64,000 bases of DNA from an uncultured Holophagales bacterium (GTDB taxonomy: Bacteria; Acidobacteriota; Thermoanaerobaculia; Multivoradales; UBA5704): positions 64,001-128,000 of the forward strand of contig CAWJGT010000032.1 of the NCBI GenBank assembly GCA_963842525.1, in the 5' to 3' direction. Below the pieces are notes generated by a model. The model was not told where the DNA came from and searched no databases. It saw nothing but the letters and a program-made list of their open reading frames with translations. Positions 7,570-17,080 of the stretch are shown in pieces (position 1 is the stretch's first letter; each line of letters starts with the position of its first letter). Both the position numbers and the translations under genes were made by a program.

Positions 7570-10287
7570 ATGAAGATCCTCGAAACCCGCGTCTATCGAG
7601 GCCCCAACCTCTATGCGCTCTGGCCGATGATCCGCCTGAAGGTGGACCTCGGCGAGCTGGAGCAGTACCCGACCGTCAAGCTTCCCTCCTTTGCCGACCG
7701 GCTGCTCGAGCGGATCCCTTCCCTCCACGAGCACACCTGCGGCCTCGGCGTCTGCGGCGGGCTCGTGCAGCGGATGAAGGAGGATGAGGGGACCTGGATG
7801 GGCCACGTCCTCGAGCACGTCGCCATCGAGCTGCAGAACCTGGCCGGCACTCCGGTCAACTTCGGCAAGACGCGCGGCGAGGGTCTGCCCATCGGGCAGT
7901 ACCATGTGGTCTACAGCTACATCGAGGAGGCGGTGGGACTGGAGGCGGGGCGGCTCGCCCTGCGTCTCATCCGGCACCTCCTGCCGCCCGAGCGGGAAGA
8001 CCATGATGCGTCGCCGTTCAACTTCCGGGCCGAGCTCGAAACCTTCATCCGGATGACCCAGCGCCGTTCGCTCGGCCCCTCGACCGCGGCGCTGGTTCGT
8101 GCCGCCGAGGAGCGGGGCATCCCCTGGATCCGTTTGAACGAGGGCTCCCTCGTGCAGCTCGGCCACGGCAAGTACCAGCGCCGCATCCAGGCAACAGTCA
8201 CCAGCGAGTCGCGGACCATCGCCACCGAGATCGCCTCGGACAAGCGGCTGACCCGCCAGATCCTCGACGACCTCGGCCTGCCGGTCCCCCGTCAGGTCGT
8301 GGTCTACGACGCCGGGGAGGCGGTGGAGGAGGCCGAGCGCCTCGGCTATCCCGTGGTGGTCAAGCCCCTGGACGGCAACCACGGCAGCGCCGTGTCCATC
8401 AACCTCAAGACCGCGGAGGAGGTGAGGGCGGCGTTCGAGAAGGCCAGCCAGGTCGGCTCCCGCGTGCTCGTGGAGGCCTTCCAGCCGGGCAACGACTACC
8501 GCATCCTGGTGATCGACGGCAAGGTCGTGGCCGCAGCCCAGCGGGTGCCCGGGCACGTCGTGGGGGATGGCCGCCACACGGTCCGCGAGCTGGTGGATCT
8601 CGTCAACAGCGATCCCCGGCGCGGCGTCGGCCACGAAAAGGTTCTCACCCGCCTCGTGCTGGACGACCAGGCGCTGCGGCTGCTCGACCAGTCGGGGCTC
8701 ACTCTGGATTCGGTTCCCGCCGAGGACCAGATCGTCTTCCTGCGCTTGACCGGCAACCTCTCGACCGGAGGCATAGCGATCGACAAGACGGACGTCCTGC
8801 ACTACGACGTGCGGGTCATGGCCGAGCGGGCCGTGCGCACCGTCGGTCTCGACGTGGCTGGAGTCGACTATGTCTCGCCGGACATCTCCCGCAGCTACAA
8901 GGACGTGGGCGGGGGGATCGTGGAGGTCAACGCCGCTCCGGGCTTCCGCATGCACCTCGCCCCCACCGAGGGACGGCCGCGGGACGTGTCCGGGCCTGTG
9001 ATCGACATGCTCTTCCCGCGCGGGGCCCCCTGCCGCATCCCGATCGCCGCCATCACCGGCACCAACGGCAAGACCACCACGACCCGCATGGTGGGACACG
9101 TCCTCAAGATCGCCGGCTATCACGTCGGCATGGCCACGACCGACGGCGTCTACATCGACGGCGTGTTGACCGTCCGCGGCGACATGACCGGCCCATGGTC
9201 GAGCCAGCTCGTGCTGCGCGACCCGTCGGTCGACGCCGCGGTTCTCGAGACCGCGCGCGGCGGCATCGTCCGGTCCGGCCTCGGTTGGCGGAAGTGCAAC
9301 GTCGGCGCGGTGCTCAACGTCGCCTCCGACCACCTGGGGCTCGGGGGGATCCGCAGCCTCGACGAGCTCGCGGAGGTCAAGCGGGTCGTCGTCGAGGTGG
9401 CGCAGGACTTCTGCGTCCTGAATGCCGACGACGAACGGGTCGCCGCCATGGCTGAGCACAGCCCCGGCAAGCCGATCTTTGTGACCATGGACTGCCAGAA
9501 CGAGCGGGTGCGCAAGCACATCCGGGAGCGGGGCCGGGCGGTATCGCTGGAGGCCGGCCTCAACGGCCGCCTGCTCGTCCTCTACCAGGGGGAAGAGCAG
9601 ATACCGCTCCTCTGGGCGCGCCAGATCCCGGCCACGATGGAGGGCAAGGCGTTCCACAATATCCAGAACGCCATGTTCGCCGCCGCCATCGCTTCGGGCC
9701 TGGGGGTGGACGTCGAGGACATCCGCCAGGGCCTGCGGACCTTTTCGAACGACTTCTTCCAGGCCCCTGGACGCCTCAATTTTTACAACGAGCATCCGTT
9801 CCGGGTGCTCCTCGACTACGCTCACAACGCCCACGGCATGGAGGCGGTGGCGCGGACCATTCGCGAGCTCGCCGTGCATGGCCGCCGGATCGGCGTGATC
9901 GCCGCGCCGGGCGACCGCCGGGACGAGGACATCTTCGCTCTCGCTGCGGCGGCGGCCCCGGCCTTCGACCTCGTCCTGATCCGGGAAGACGACGACCTGC
10001 GAGGCCGGCCGGTTGGCGAGTCCGGCCTCCTCCTCCGCCAGGGCCTGGTCCGGGCCGGCTTTCCGGCCGAACGGATCGTCGGCAGGATCTACAAGGAAGA
10101 CGAAGCAGTGCTCGAAGCCCTGCGCCTGGCGCGCGCCGGCGACCTCGTAGCCATCTTCGGCGACAAGCTCACCCGCGTCTGGGACCTCATCGTCGGCTTC
10201 AAAAAGGAAGATCCGGAGCCCGAGCCGGTTGTGGAGGAGCGGCGCTGGCTGCGGCCGGTGCCGTTCGAGCGCAGGCTGGCGTCGTAA
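7570..10287 (+). CDS. cphA: Cyanophycin synthetase
   Basis: 'MKILETRVYRGPN', 'GTWMGHVLEH', ATP-grasp 'VVKPLDGNHG' and 'EVNAAPGFRMH', Mur-ligase 'ITGTNGKTTT', 'ETARGG', 'DYAHN'. Confidence 0.96.
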   Translation: MKILETRVYRGPNLYALWPMIRLKVDLGELEQYPTVKLPSFADRLLERIPSLHEHTCGLGVCGGLVQRMKEDEGTWMGHVLEHVAIELQNLAGTPVNFGKTRGEGLPIGQYHVVYSYIEEAVGLEAGRLALRLIRHLLPPEREDHDASPFNFRAELETFIRMTQRRSLGPSTAALVRAAEERGIPWIRLNEGSLVQLGHGKYQRRIQATVTSESRTIATEIASDKRLTRQILDDLGLPVPRQVVVYDAGEAVEEAERLGYPVVVKPLDGNHGSAVSINLKTAEEVRAAFEKASQVGSRVLVEAFQPGNDYRILVIDGKVVAAAQRVPGHVVGDGRHTVRELVDLVNSDPRRGVGHEKVLTRLVLDDQALRLLDQSGLTLDSVPAEDQIVFLRLTGNLSTGGIAIDKTDVLHYDVRVMAERAVRTVGLDVAGVDYVSPDISRSYKDVGGGIVEVNAAPGFRMHLAPTEGRPRDVSGPVIDMLFPRGAPCRIPIAAITGTNGKTTTTRMVGHVLKIAGYHVGMATTDGVYIDGVLTVRGDMTGPWSSQLVLRDPSVDAAVLETARGGIVRSGLGWRKCNVGAVLNVASDHLGLGGIRSLDELAEVKRVVVEVAQDFCVLNADDERVAAMAEHSPGKPIFVTMDCQNERVRKHIRERGRAVSLEAGLNGRLLVLYQGEEQIPLLWARQIPATMEGKAFHNIQNAMFAAAIASGLGVDVEDIRQGLRTFSNDFFQAPGRLNFYNEHPFRVLLDYAHNAHGMEAVARTIRELAVHGRRIGVIAAPGDRRDEDIFALAAAAAPAFDLVLIREDDDLRGRPVGESGLLLRQGLVRAGFPAERIVGRIYKEDEAVLEALRLARAGDLVAIFGDKLTRVWDLIVGFKKEDPEPEPVVEERRWLRPVPFERRLAS

Positions 10288-10409
10288 CTTTTTCCTCCTG
10301 GGTCGCGTAAGCTTTGTAGACGATCTCAGCGGGCCTTGGCTCGCCACAGGGAAGATGCATGCTGGCCGCCCGGGCGTTCGTCGACGACTCTCAGACGGAG
10401 CGTGAATCC

Positions 10410-10766
10410 ATGTGGATCATCGTCGCAGGCCCCTATCGGACAGGCGCCAGGACACAGGCTGATCGAGACGCCAATCTCCTGGCGATGAACCGCGCCGCGT
10501 ACGAGGTGTTCCGCAAGGGGCACATCCCGGTCATCGGCGTCAATATGGCTTTGCCGGTGATCGAAGCGGCGGGCCCCGAAACGTACGATGCCGTCATGAT
10601 GCCCATGTCCCTGGCCCTGGCAGATCGCTGCGACGCCGCTCTTCGCATCGGAGGTTTCTCGCCGGGCGCAGACGATGAGGTCGAACGGGTGCGAGCGCGC
10701 GGCGGCCGCGTGTATCACAGCGTCGCAGAGATCCCGGAGGCCGCTGCGGCCCACGAAGAGAAGTAG
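10410..10766 (+). CDS. DUF4406-like / nucleoside deoxyribosyltransferase-fold small protein
   Basis: 'IIVAGPY', 'GHIPVIG', 'RCDAALRIGGFSPGADDEV'. Confidence 0.7.
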   Translation: MWIIVAGPYRTGARTQADRDANLLAMNRAAYEVFRKGHIPVIGVNMALPVIEAAGPETYDAVMMPMSLALADRCDAALRIGGFSPGADDEVERVRARGGRVYHSVAEIPEAAAAHEEK

Positions 10767-10791
10767 GGGCGGGGCTTGTCCACGCCCGGTC

Positions 10792-13700
10792 TCACCGAAA
10801 AATAAGCAGTCCTGTCCGCGCCGTCTCCGCCCGGCTCTCCTCTCCTGCCGCTTCGGCGAGGCCAGCCGCGAGCTCGGCGCACCAGGCTACGTCCGGATCC
10901 TGAAGGCCGCTCTCCTGGAGGATCGCACGGGCGGCTGCGAAATGGTCGTCCCAGCGCCGCCAGTCCCGGTCCTTGGCGGCGCAGGGGAGGAGGGCGACGC
11001 GGACGCAGGCGAGGAGGCCTCCCCAGTCCATCTGCTCCAGGCGTTCTCGGCTCTCTTCCAGGACTTTGGCAGCCTGGCCGTAGTCCTCTCCGGCGAGGGC
11101 TGCGAGCGCGAGGTTGACCCGGGGGAAGATCTCGTCGGCGGAGCGCAGGGTCTCGAGGAGGGCGAGGGAGCGCCGGTAGTAGGCATCGGCGCGGGCGAGG
11201 TCGCCTTGCAGGCGGGCGGCCTCGCCGAGACCGTTGAGCCCTCGTGCCACGCCGTAGCGGTTCCCCAGCTTCTCGAACCGCATTTCCGCCTCCAGATAGA
11301 GGTCTTGCGCGGCGGCCAGGTCGCTCTGCTGGCGCGCGAGGTCGGCGAGGCCGATCAAGTGGTCGGCGACGCCGTGCTCGTCCCCGATCTCCTGGTAGAT
11401 CTGCTGCGAGCAGTCGAACAGCTTGCGGGAGCGCGCCAGGTCGCCTCGCTGGCGCGCCACGTCCCCCAGGCCCCAGAAGCTCGCCGCCGCGCCGTGGGGG
11501 TTGGCTTCGATCTCGATGCAGCGGCTATAGAGACTTGCCGCGCGGACGAGCTGGCCGCGCCGGCGCGCCGCATCGCCGAGCAGTCGCAGGGCCTCGGAGC
11601 GGACCTCCTCCCAGCCGGCGCTCTGCGCGGCCGTCTCGGCCTGCTCGGCCCAGCGGAAGACCTCGTCGAGCTCTCCCTGGTGCAGCCGGATGCGGGCGCG
11701 GAGGACCCACCCTTCAGCCCGGCGCGGGTCGTGGCCCGGAGACACGAGGAGGTCGAGGGCATCGTCGCGCCAGTCGAGGAGGGTGTGCGCCATGGCGTAG
11801 TCGCTGGTCTCGCGCCGCTCACGGGCACCGCGCAGCAGGTGGGCGAGGGCAGCAGCGCGGTCCCCGGCGCGGAGGAGGTGGCGCCCCAGACGTTCGGCGA
11901 TACCGCGCTCTCCGGCCGCGGCGCGCGGAGCGAGCATGGCGGCGCAGGTCCAGTTGTGGGTCTGCCACCGGCCCGCCTCGTAGGCCAGCCGCTCGATGCT
12001 CTCGCGCAGCATCGGATGGACGAAGTCCCAGCCGTCCTCGGTATGCACCGCGAGACGGCTCGCCAGCAGGGCTTCGAGGAGCCCGGGAGGGCAGGCGAGC
12101 CCTGCCGTCCTGCAGGCTGCCTCCCACTCCCGTTGGTCGATGGACGTGCCGAGCGCGGCGGCGATCTCCAGGGCGCTGCGCGAGCCCGCCGAGTGTCCCG
12201 CGAGGAGACGGTCCACGCGGTCCGACCAGACCTGGTGCAGGTCGTCCGGCAGCCAGGCCTGCTCTCCCGGACGGAGGACGAAGCCTTCGTCTCCGACCTC
12301 CAGGACGCCGCGCTGCACCCAGTCGCCGACGAGCTGGACGGCGAACAGGGGATTGCCGGCGGTCCGCTGGTCGACCCGGGCGGCCAGGTCGCCGGCCAAG
12401 CCGAGCAGCTCCTGGACGAGGGCGGCGTGGTCCTCCGCCGGCAGCGGCGGGATCTCCAGTTCGCTGCACCCCGGCCGTTGCAGCAGCTCGGCGAGCGCCG
12501 CGGCCTCCCGCGGCCGTTCGGCGAGAGCCTCGTCGCGGACGGTGAGGAGCAGGAGGACCGGCAGCTCGACCCGCCGCTCCAGGAGGTGCCTGGCGAAGGC
12601 GATGGATTCGGAGCCCCACTGGACGTCGTCGAGGAGGATCAGCACGGGCCGCTGGCGGCCGAGGCGATGGCAGTGGCGCTCCAGCAGGGCGAACCGCTCG
12701 GGCGCAGTCTGCGGCGACTGCGGCGAGCTCCCGGGGACCATGAGGTCTGTGAGGCCGGTCCACTCGCCGGCATCGGTCACCTTGCGGGTGCGGAGGAGAC
12801 GCTCGGTACGCTCCAGGATCTCCTCGCGGGAGAGGCCGAGGCAGCGCAGGTGGCGGGCGAGCATGCGGGGCAGTCCGTCCCCAGCGCCCGGGTTGGGGCC
12901 GTGCGTGGCGCGCAGGACGATGGCACCGCCCGCCTCGTGCGCCCGCTCCGCGATCCACTCGGCGAGGCGGGTCTTGCCATGGCCCGCCGCGCCGCGCAGC
13001 AGCACCAGGCGGGCCTCGCCCGTGGTGTGCACCTCGGCCAGGGTCCGCCACAGGAGGTCGCGTTCCTCCCGGCGGCCGACGAGGGGGACCGAGCGGAGCC
13101 CGTAGAGGCCGAGCCCGGCTCCGACCAGCCGCATCGACGCCGGACGCGGGATGGGGAGCTCCCAGGTCTCGGGGAGCGGCGGGGACGTGCGCGGTGCCGG
13201 CGTCTCTTCGCCGCGCCTTTCTTCGTGCCTTTCTCCAGGCACCTGCCGTCCGGCCGCCGGCAGCAGGCCCGCCAGGACGAGGAGCTGCGTGGGCGTCTCC
13301 GCCAGCGCGAGCCTGCCGGCATGCGAGCTGCGCCGCACCGGCTCACCCAGGGCGAGGAGCGCCCAGGTGGCGTCGGCAGCCCGCACGAAGCGCCGGCCGG
13401 TCTCCTTCTGGAGCAGCCGGCGGAGCCATCCTTCGAAGCCGCGGGGCACGGGCGCGAGCGGGATGAAGACGGGGGGTGCCTCCTCGAGCTGGCGCCGCAC
13501 CAGGTCCAGCAGGCCGACCTCGTGGAACGGAGCTTGGCCGGTGACGAGCGCCCAGACGAGGCAGCCGAGGCTGTAGAGGTCGGTCCACGGGCCGTAGTCC
13601 CGCCACTCGCCGCGGAGCTGCTCGGGCGCCATATAGCTCGGCGTGCCGCAGACGAACTGGGTCGAGTCCGGGCCGGCCTGGTGCTCGAATGCCTGGGCGA

Positions 13701-14211
13701 GCCCGAAATCAGCGAGCTTGAGACGGGGGAGGGGCTCGCCTCCGAGGTCGAAGGCCAGCACGTTGGTCGGCTTGATGTCGCGGTGGACGACACCCCGTGC
13801 GTGCGCATGTGCCAGGGCATCGAGGAGGGCGAGGAGGACTGTCCGGATGCTGCTCCAGGAGGGTGCCTCGGGGAAGAGGTCCGCCAGGGTGCCGCGGTCC
13901 GCGAGCTCCATGGCCAGGTAGGGGCTGCCGGCCGGCAGCACGCCGAGCGATGCTTCCTCCGCCTCCGGCCCCACCTCGCCATGATCGAAGACCATCACCA
14001 CGCCGGGATGGTCGAGGCTGGCGACCGCCTGGACCTCGTTGCGGAAGGCGGCGCGGTACTGCTCCTGGCGGGCGCGCTCGCCGGTCATCACCTTGACCGC
14101 GACCGGCACCCCCTGCGCCGCATGGACGCCGCTCCACACCTCCGCCATGCCTCCCCGGCTGATGCGCCGGGCAAGGCGGAAAGGCCCCAGGGGAACGAAC
14201 GGCTCGGCCAT
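10792..14211 (-). CDS. Ser/Thr protein kinase - AAA ATPase - TPR protein
   Basis: Hanks motifs (GGMAEV, AVK, HRDIKPTN, DFG, GTPSYMAPE), Walker A 'GAAGHGKT', Walker B 'LLDDVQW', 'TAGNPLF', C-terminal TPRs. Confidence 0.9.
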   Translation of the reverse strand: MAEPFVPLGPFRLARRISRGGMAEVWSGVHAAQGVPVAVKVMTGERARQEQYRAAFRNEVQAVASLDHPGVVMVFDHGEVGPEAEEASLGVLPAGSPYLAMELADRGTLADLFPEAPSWSSIRTVLLALLDALAHAHARGVVHRDIKPTNVLAFDLGGEPLPRLKLADFGLAQAFEHQAGPDSTQFVCGTPSYMAPEQLRGEWRDYGPWTDLYSLGCLVWALVTGQAPFHEVGLLDLVRRQLEEAPPVFIPLAPVPRGFEGWLRRLLQKETGRRFVRAADATWALLALGEPVRRSSHAGRLALAETPTQLLVLAGLLPAAGRQVPGERHEERRGEETPAPRTSPPLPETWELPIPRPASMRLVGAGLGLYGLRSVPLVGRREERDLLWRTLAEVHTTGEARLVLLRGAAGHGKTRLAEWIAERAHEAGGAIVLRATHGPNPGAGDGLPRMLARHLRCLGLSREEILERTERLLRTRKVTDAGEWTGLTDLMVPGSSPQSPQTAPERFALLERHCHRLGRQRPVLILLDDVQWGSESIAFARHLLERRVELPVLLLLTVRDEALAERPREAAALAELLQRPGCSELEIPPLPAEDHAALVQELLGLAGDLAARVDQRTAGNPLFAVQLVGDWVQRGVLEVGDEGFVLRPGEQAWLPDDLHQVWSDRVDRLLAGHSAGSRSALEIAAALGTSIDQREWEAACRTAGLACPPGLLEALLASRLAVHTEDGWDFVHPMLRESIERLAYEAGRWQTHNWTCAAMLAPRAAAGERGIAERLGRHLLRAGDRAAALAHLLRGARERRETSDYAMAHTLLDWRDDALDLLVSPGHDPRRAEGWVLRARIRLHQGELDEVFRWAEQAETAAQSAGWEEVRSEALRLLGDAARRRGQLVRAASLYSRCIEIEANPHGAAASFWGLGDVARQRGDLARSRKLFDCSQQIYQEIGDEHGVADHLIGLADLARQQSDLAAAQDLYLEAEMRFEKLGNRYGVARGLNGLGEAARLQGDLARADAYYRRSLALLETLRSADEIFPRVNLALAALAGEDYGQAAKVLEESRERLEQMDWGGLLACVRVALLPCAAKDRDWRRWDDHFAAARAILQESGLQDPDVAWCAELAAGLAEAAGEESRAETARTGLLIFR

Positions 14212-14298
14212 GGCTCAGATGAGCCGACGATAGGCCGGCGGCTCCCGGGTGGTCAAGCACCACCCCATACCGGTGAAGAGGGCGCGGTTGCGCGCTGG

Positions 14299-15324
14299 TT
14301 ACAACGGCTCGCGGGGAACGCTCTTGCGGGCCCGGCGTACTGCCGAGAAGACCCTGGACTCGATCTCCCTCTCCACGGAGGGTCCCCAGCCCGTGGCCGT
14401 GTAGACGATCTCCCCCTCGGGATCGACCAGCACGTAGGTGGGGAGCGCTTTGGCGTTGAGCTTGCGGTAGATCTCGCTGTTCTTGTCCCACACCTGGGGC
14501 CAGGTCATCTCGCTCTGGGCCACAAGCTCGCGGAGCGCCTTCTCGTCCTGGTCGACGCTGATGCTCAGCAGGACGAACGGGTCCTTGGCCCGGCGGCGGC
14601 TCAGCGACCGCAGCTCCGGGATGGCGGCCCGGCAGGGCGCGCACCAGGTGGCCCAGAAGTCGAGGAGGACCACCTTGCCCCGGAGATCGTCCGAGCTGAC
14701 GTAGTCGCCCGCGAGTGTGGCCACCGCGAAGTCGGGAAGGAGGTTCTTCCGCGCGCGGACGGGGTTCTTCACGAGCTCGCGCGCCTGCTCGGCGCTCTTT
14801 CCCTCCGGCTCCCGTGCGAGGTACTCCTTGAGCAGCACGGCCCCCTCGCTGTCGCGTTCCATCCGCAGCAGGGTGACGCCGAGGTTGAACCGGGCGGCGT
14901 TGACCTTGCCCTGACTCCGCTCGAGCGCCTGGCGGAAGGCCTTCTCGGCTTCCTGCAGCTTCGCCGGGTCGCCGGCCGCGCTGGCCAGCCAAGCCATGCC
15001 CTGCTCATGATAGGCCGTCAGAACATGGTCCAGGTCGGTGGTCAGGCGCAGGACGGCTTCCGCGCTCTTCAGGGCTTCCTTGTGGGCCCCCACCTTGTTG
15101 TAGGCCCGCGCCAGGCCGAGCTGGCAGTCGGCGCACGCCCCGTTCGCCAGCTTGTCCGCCTGGCGGAAGACCTTGATCGCCTCGGGGTACTTCGCCTCTT
15201 CGAACAGGTCCAGAGCCGTCTCGAGCGCCTCCCCGGAAGGCGGCGGGGACGGTGGAGCGGCCGCGGTAAGGGCGAGCAGGAGGGCGAATGCGGCGATCGT
15301 GCGCAAGAGGGCTGCGGGCATCAT
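14299..15324 (-). CDS. Secreted TPR - TlpA-like thiol-disulfide oxidoreductase
   Basis: Signal peptide at MMPAALL, TPRs, 'GKVVLLDFWATWCAPC', 'LPTYVLVDPEG'. Confidence 0.88.
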   Translation of the reverse strand: MMPAALLRTIAAFALLLALTAAAPPSPPPSGEALETALDLFEEAKYPEAIKVFRQADKLANGACADCQLGLARAYNKVGAHKEALKSAEAVLRLTTDLDHVLTAYHEQGMAWLASAAGDPAKLQEAEKAFRQALERSQGKVNAARFNLGVTLLRMERDSEGAVLLKEYLAREPEGKSAEQARELVKNPVRARKNLLPDFAVATLAGDYVSSDDLRGKVVLLDFWATWCAPCRAAIPELRSLSRRRAKDPFVLLSISVDQDEKALRELVAQSEMTWPQVWDKNSEIYRKLNAKALPTYVLVDPEGEIVYTATGWGPSVEREIESRVFSAVRRARKSVPREPL

Positions 15325-15378
15325 GTCCCCGGTGGTGTACAGGGAATTATATCCCGAGGCCCCGGTGGGGTGCCCGGC

Positions 15379-15976
15379 CTCAGCACTCCAAGGCTGGCGG
15401 CGCGGACCGGTCCAGCCGCACCCAGCGGCGAGCCGCGGGGAGCCGCAGTGGTCCCGCAGGGCCGGCAGTGCACGCCGCGGGACCATGTACATTCGCCGCG
15501 GTGGCTGGCAGTGGTCCCGTGGGACCGGCAGCGTTCGCCGCGGCACCATGTACGTCCGCCGCGGCGGCTGGCAGTGGTCCCGTGGTGCCGGCAGTGTTCG
15601 CCGCTGCACCATCTACCTCCGCCGCGGTGGCTGGCAGCGGTCCCGCGGTGCCGGCAGTGTTCGCCGCGGGACCATCTACGTCCGCCGCGGTGGCTGGCAG
15701 CGGTCCCGTGGGACCGGCAGCGTTCGCCGCGGCACCATGTACGTCCGCCGCGGTGACAGGCAGTGGTGCTGCTGGGCCGGTAGTGTTCGCCGCGGGATCG
15801 TGTATGTCCGCCGCGGTGACAGGCAGTGGCCCCGCAGGGCCGGCAGTGTTCGCCGCGGGACCATATACGTTCGCCGCGGGGGCTGGATCAGCGGTGGGGG
15901 CAGCGATGTACGCCGCGGGGTACGGCTCAGCACTCCAAGGCTGGCGGAGCAGACCGGTCCAGCCGCACCCAGCGGC
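15379..15976. repeat. 51-bp direct repeat pair (15379-15429 / 15926-15976) bracketing the array
   Basis: 49/51 identical; the right copy is the last 16 codons plus stop of the minus-strand gene at 15927-16163. Confidence 0.9.
15445..15885. repeat. Tandem array of seven 63-bp units (3 x 21-bp subunits)
   Basis: GCAG(T/C)GG unit starts at 15445, 15508, 15571, 15634, 15697, 15760, 15823; CGCCGCGG recurs at 21-bp phase. Confidence 0.9.
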
Positions 15977-16163
15977 TGCAGATCTCTTCGAAGTGGCGGG
16001 GGTCCTGGGTCGTCAGCGCTTCCTGGCTGAAACGCTCGATCTCGGCACGGGGCGTGCCGGCGCGGCGAAGCCCTTGCCGGATCGCGCTGACGAGTGCGAA
16101 TCGGTTGGGGCTCCGCAACGAGATGCGGACTTCTGGGTACAGCGGCATCACGGGATCGTTCAT
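15927..16163 (-). CDS. Small helical hypothetical protein (78 aa)
   Basis: GGAGGG RBS; 'PLYPEVRISL...NRFALVSAIRQGLRRAG...EIERFSQEA...WV' recalls a small conserved family often seen in mobile DNA (from memory). Confidence 0.7.
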   Translation of the reverse strand: MNDPVMPLYPEVRISLRSPNRFALVSAIRQGLRRAGTPRAEIERFSQEALTTQDPRHFEEICSRWVRLDRSAPPALEC

Positions 16164-16278
16164 CCCTCCCTCTACATAACGCGCGAGGAGGCAAAAACGT
16201 TTCACCTTTTTCAGAGAGGGCGCTATACTCTTCCCATCGAAGTTCGCTGCACCTCGATTTGACGAAGGAGGTAAACCG

Positions 16279-17019
16279 GTGAGGAGAGTCACAGCTTTCG
16301 CGTGTGCCATTGGACTTACAACTGCCCTCGCCCCGGCGCTACAGGCACAACCGTTCGTCGTTCCGCCGTTCGCAGAGGATAGTGTCGCCGACCTGGACCT
16401 CGCGACCGATGCGGCGCTCGTCCTCGCTCCGTGCGATGGGGGCGACCTCGAGTTGGAGGCGCTGCCCGACGGCGCGGAGGGGTTCGCGATCTCCGGCCCA
16501 TTCCTGGACGTCAGTTGGGACAGCCTCTGCCGTGCCTGGGACCTGCCGCTCCGGGAAGGCGTCGCCTACCGGCATGTCACCATAGAATTCGACTTTCACC
16601 TGGATAGCTGGGTCACCCCCATCTTCCACAACATCACCAGCCTGCGCCGCACCGGTGTCCGGAAGAACGAGCGCATTCTCTACTACGGCCTGACGTTGCG
16701 CGGGGACAAGCGGCGGACTCTCCTGGACTTCGGGCATGAGAAACAGCTCAAGGAGGTCGGCCCCTGGCAGGAGGGCGGGGCCTACCACATGGTCTTCGAC
16801 GTCGACATCCCGGCGAAGCGGCTCAACATGGGCGTGTTCGACATGGACGGGAACCTCGTCCAGGAGATGGGCGGGAAGCTGACCGCCCGCGAGCTCAAGA
16901 ACCTGACGGGCAGGGTCGTGCGCCTCGACTTCAGCTCGGGCGGCATCGCCCACCATGCCTATTACCCGCCCTTCAGATCGGAGTACTCGAACCTGAAGGT
17001 CACGCTCGTGCCGTTCTAG
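16279..17019 (+). CDS. Secreted hypothetical protein, beta-rich
   Basis: AAGGAGGT RBS, GTG start, signal peptide ending ALQA. Confidence 0.75.
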   Translation: MRRVTAFACAIGLTTALAPALQAQPFVVPPFAEDSVADLDLATDAALVLAPCDGGDLELEALPDGAEGFAISGPFLDVSWDSLCRAWDLPLREGVAYRHVTIEFDFHLDSWVTPIFHNITSLRRTGVRKNERILYYGLTLRGDKRRTLLDFGHEKQLKEVGPWQEGGAYHMVFDVDIPAKRLNMGVFDMDGNLVQEMGGKLTARELKNLTGRVVRLDFSSGGIAHHAYYPPFRSEYSNLKVTLVPF

Positions 17020-17040
17020 CGGCTCTCTCTCCTGAAGGGT

Positions 17041-17070
17041 TCCCCCTCTCCCGCAGACGGGAGAGGGGGA
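17041..17070. repeat. REP-like hairpin between convergent genes
   Basis: CCCCCTCTCCCG-CAGA-CGGGAGAGGGGG, same core as the 2345-2514 element. Confidence 0.7.
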
Positions 17071-17080
17071 CGGTCGAGGG

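Noticed and set aside
10675-15756. 1693-aa plus-strand ORF and similar long antisense ORFs (7519-10347, 37823-39982, 31847-34126)
   Set aside because: High-GC shadow frames opposite well-supported genes, with no recognisable motifs
15445-15885. 63-bp array as a CRISPR array
   Set aside because: Whole units are homologous with no unique spacers, and no cas genes are in the window
15379-15976. Gene-end duplicate as a DGR template/variable repeat pair
   Set aside because: Only 51 bp with two mismatches, no reverse transcriptase in the window and no lectin-like target
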